Source: Takakia lepidozioides
Lineage: Eukaryota; Plantae; Bryophyta
Length of the DNA: 64,000 nucleotides
NCBI GenBank assembly: GCA_030704615.1
Contig: CM060731.1
Location: forward strand, 54,808,001 to 54,872,000
Direction of reading: 5' to 3'
The number at the start of each line of letters is the position of its first letter. Positions within the stretch are counted from its first letter, which is position 1. Shown here piece by piece: positions 62,601 to 64,000 of this stretch. A program made the translations under genes and the position numbers. The notes below the pieces were generated by a model that saw only the letters and a program-made list of their open reading frames with translations, had not been told where the DNA came from and made no database searches.

Positions 62601-64000
62601 TACTCCATCAATCTCGCAGATGGTGAAGTTCTCACGTCCCTCCCAACTCCCCAGTTGAAGAGGAACATCAATCGCCAACCTTGTCGCCAACTGTGGTTCT
62701 CCTTTGGCAGAACGCACCTCAATAGAGGCCCCCACGTCACTTGTCGGGAGTCCCAGCTTTTGTGCCGTTGCCGGTGTCATGAAGGAGTGCGACGCTCCTG
62801 TGTCCACCAACAACGACACATTAGTTCCGGATATTATCCCATCCACGAACAATAACTGACTCCCTTTTCGTAAGGCGCCAGTTTCCTGATACAACTCACA
62901 AGAAAATTTGCCTACCTTGCAAGTCCTGGCGACCACCGCTTCCACTAAGCGACTGATGGTATCTTCCGACAGCTCCGTGGTCGCCCGAGTCATGTTCAAT
63001 TGCCGGGGCTTCGTGCACTTCTTGGCCATGTGCCCGGGCTCCCCGCAATTGAAACACACTCCATCAAAGGTTGCCTTCTGTCCGCCATAAGCCGCTCCAC
63101 CCGCTTTTCCTTTCGAAGCACCGGGTGCCGCCTTGACATGTGAAGGCCCTCCTTCGATTTCCACGTGCCATTATCGCCGCGTGGCCTATCCCATTTCTTT
63201 TCCGGTCGGAAGGAGTCACCTTCCCGCCGGGTCTTCTTGTGGTTCAGCTCCGTACGGCCTTGTCTCTCACCCCTAGGGACATCCGAGAAACATTCAGCCC
63301 TCTCAATTGCCTCGTTCAAAGTCTTGGGTGGCTTCTCCTCCAACTTCCGCCTAGCCCATGGAGCCAGTCCCGCCACAAAGTTGAAGACCATTTCTGGTTA
63401 TGCCATGTCCGCGACTTCGAGCAACAGCACATTGAAAGCCTGGACATACCCCGAATGTCATCTGTTTGCTTCAAATTCCTCATCTTGTCCCGGGCAAGCC
63501 AGGATGCGTTGAGGGGCACAAACTGTCTCTTCATCAATTCCTTGAACCCACTCCAGTTCAAGGTTTCCGGGCTTGGGCCTCGGTCGTGAAGGCGTTTCTG
63601 CCACCATTGTTGAGCATAGCCCCTCAAATAGGTGGGAGCCACTTCCACCCGATCCTCGTCACTCAACTTGGCCGCCCGGAAGTACTGCTCTAGCTCCAGG
63701 AGCCAGGTGTTGAGTGCCTTCCGGTTTCGAACGCCCTCGAAGGTGCCGGGTTCCTTAGGCTTCACCTTAAACTTTGCCTTAGTGGAAGTGGCATTAGCCG
63801 CCTTCAACACGTCTTTCAACGTCCCGCCAAACTGCGCCAACAACCCTTCCCAAAAGGCTGCCGGCATGGGAGGCATCTCTTGGTTTGTCGGAGCTCTCAA
63901 GGATTCCTCGGGCTCCGACTCCTCGGATTCCTCCCGCTCCTGAGCGGCCTCGTTTTCGGAAACATTCATCGCTTCCTCAAACGGCCGCCTCGGTGACACG
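59680..64000 (-). mobile_element. Ty3/gypsy chromovirus copy 2, truncated inside the chromodomain; continues past the window end
   Basis: Highly similar to 20630-24950 across gag, protease, RT, RNase H and integrase; similarity stops after EPEYEVE. Confidence 0.95.

Overview
Repeat-rich nuclear DNA from a land plant. It is probably a non-seed plant (bryophyte or lycophyte); this is inferred from the PPR style and transposon families, not proven. Two host genes look intact: a 7-exon plastid uroporphyrinogen-III C-methyltransferase (UPM1, 2645-9218) and a 3-exon class-B heat-shock factor (HsfB4-like, 37486-39338). Almost everything else is nested, degraded transposon sequence: LINE fragments, a tRNA-derived SINE family, two TIR elements, two copies of a chromodomain Ty3/gypsy element, a Ty1/copia remnant, CACTA-type termini, two GCM-domain Mutator-type transposases (one with a SWIM finger), and captured CDC20 and PPR fragments. 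The most notable feature is a Ty3/gypsy remnant (about 40060-44637) whose pol carries a complete cytosine-5 DNA methyltransferase domain after the protease and a PHD finger after the integrase. Also notable is a 145-bp solo LTR (45593-45737) with a perfect 5-bp target-site duplication (TSD) that contains a tRNA cloverleaf with Pol III A/B boxes. All alignments and coordinates were worked out by eye; no database searches were run.
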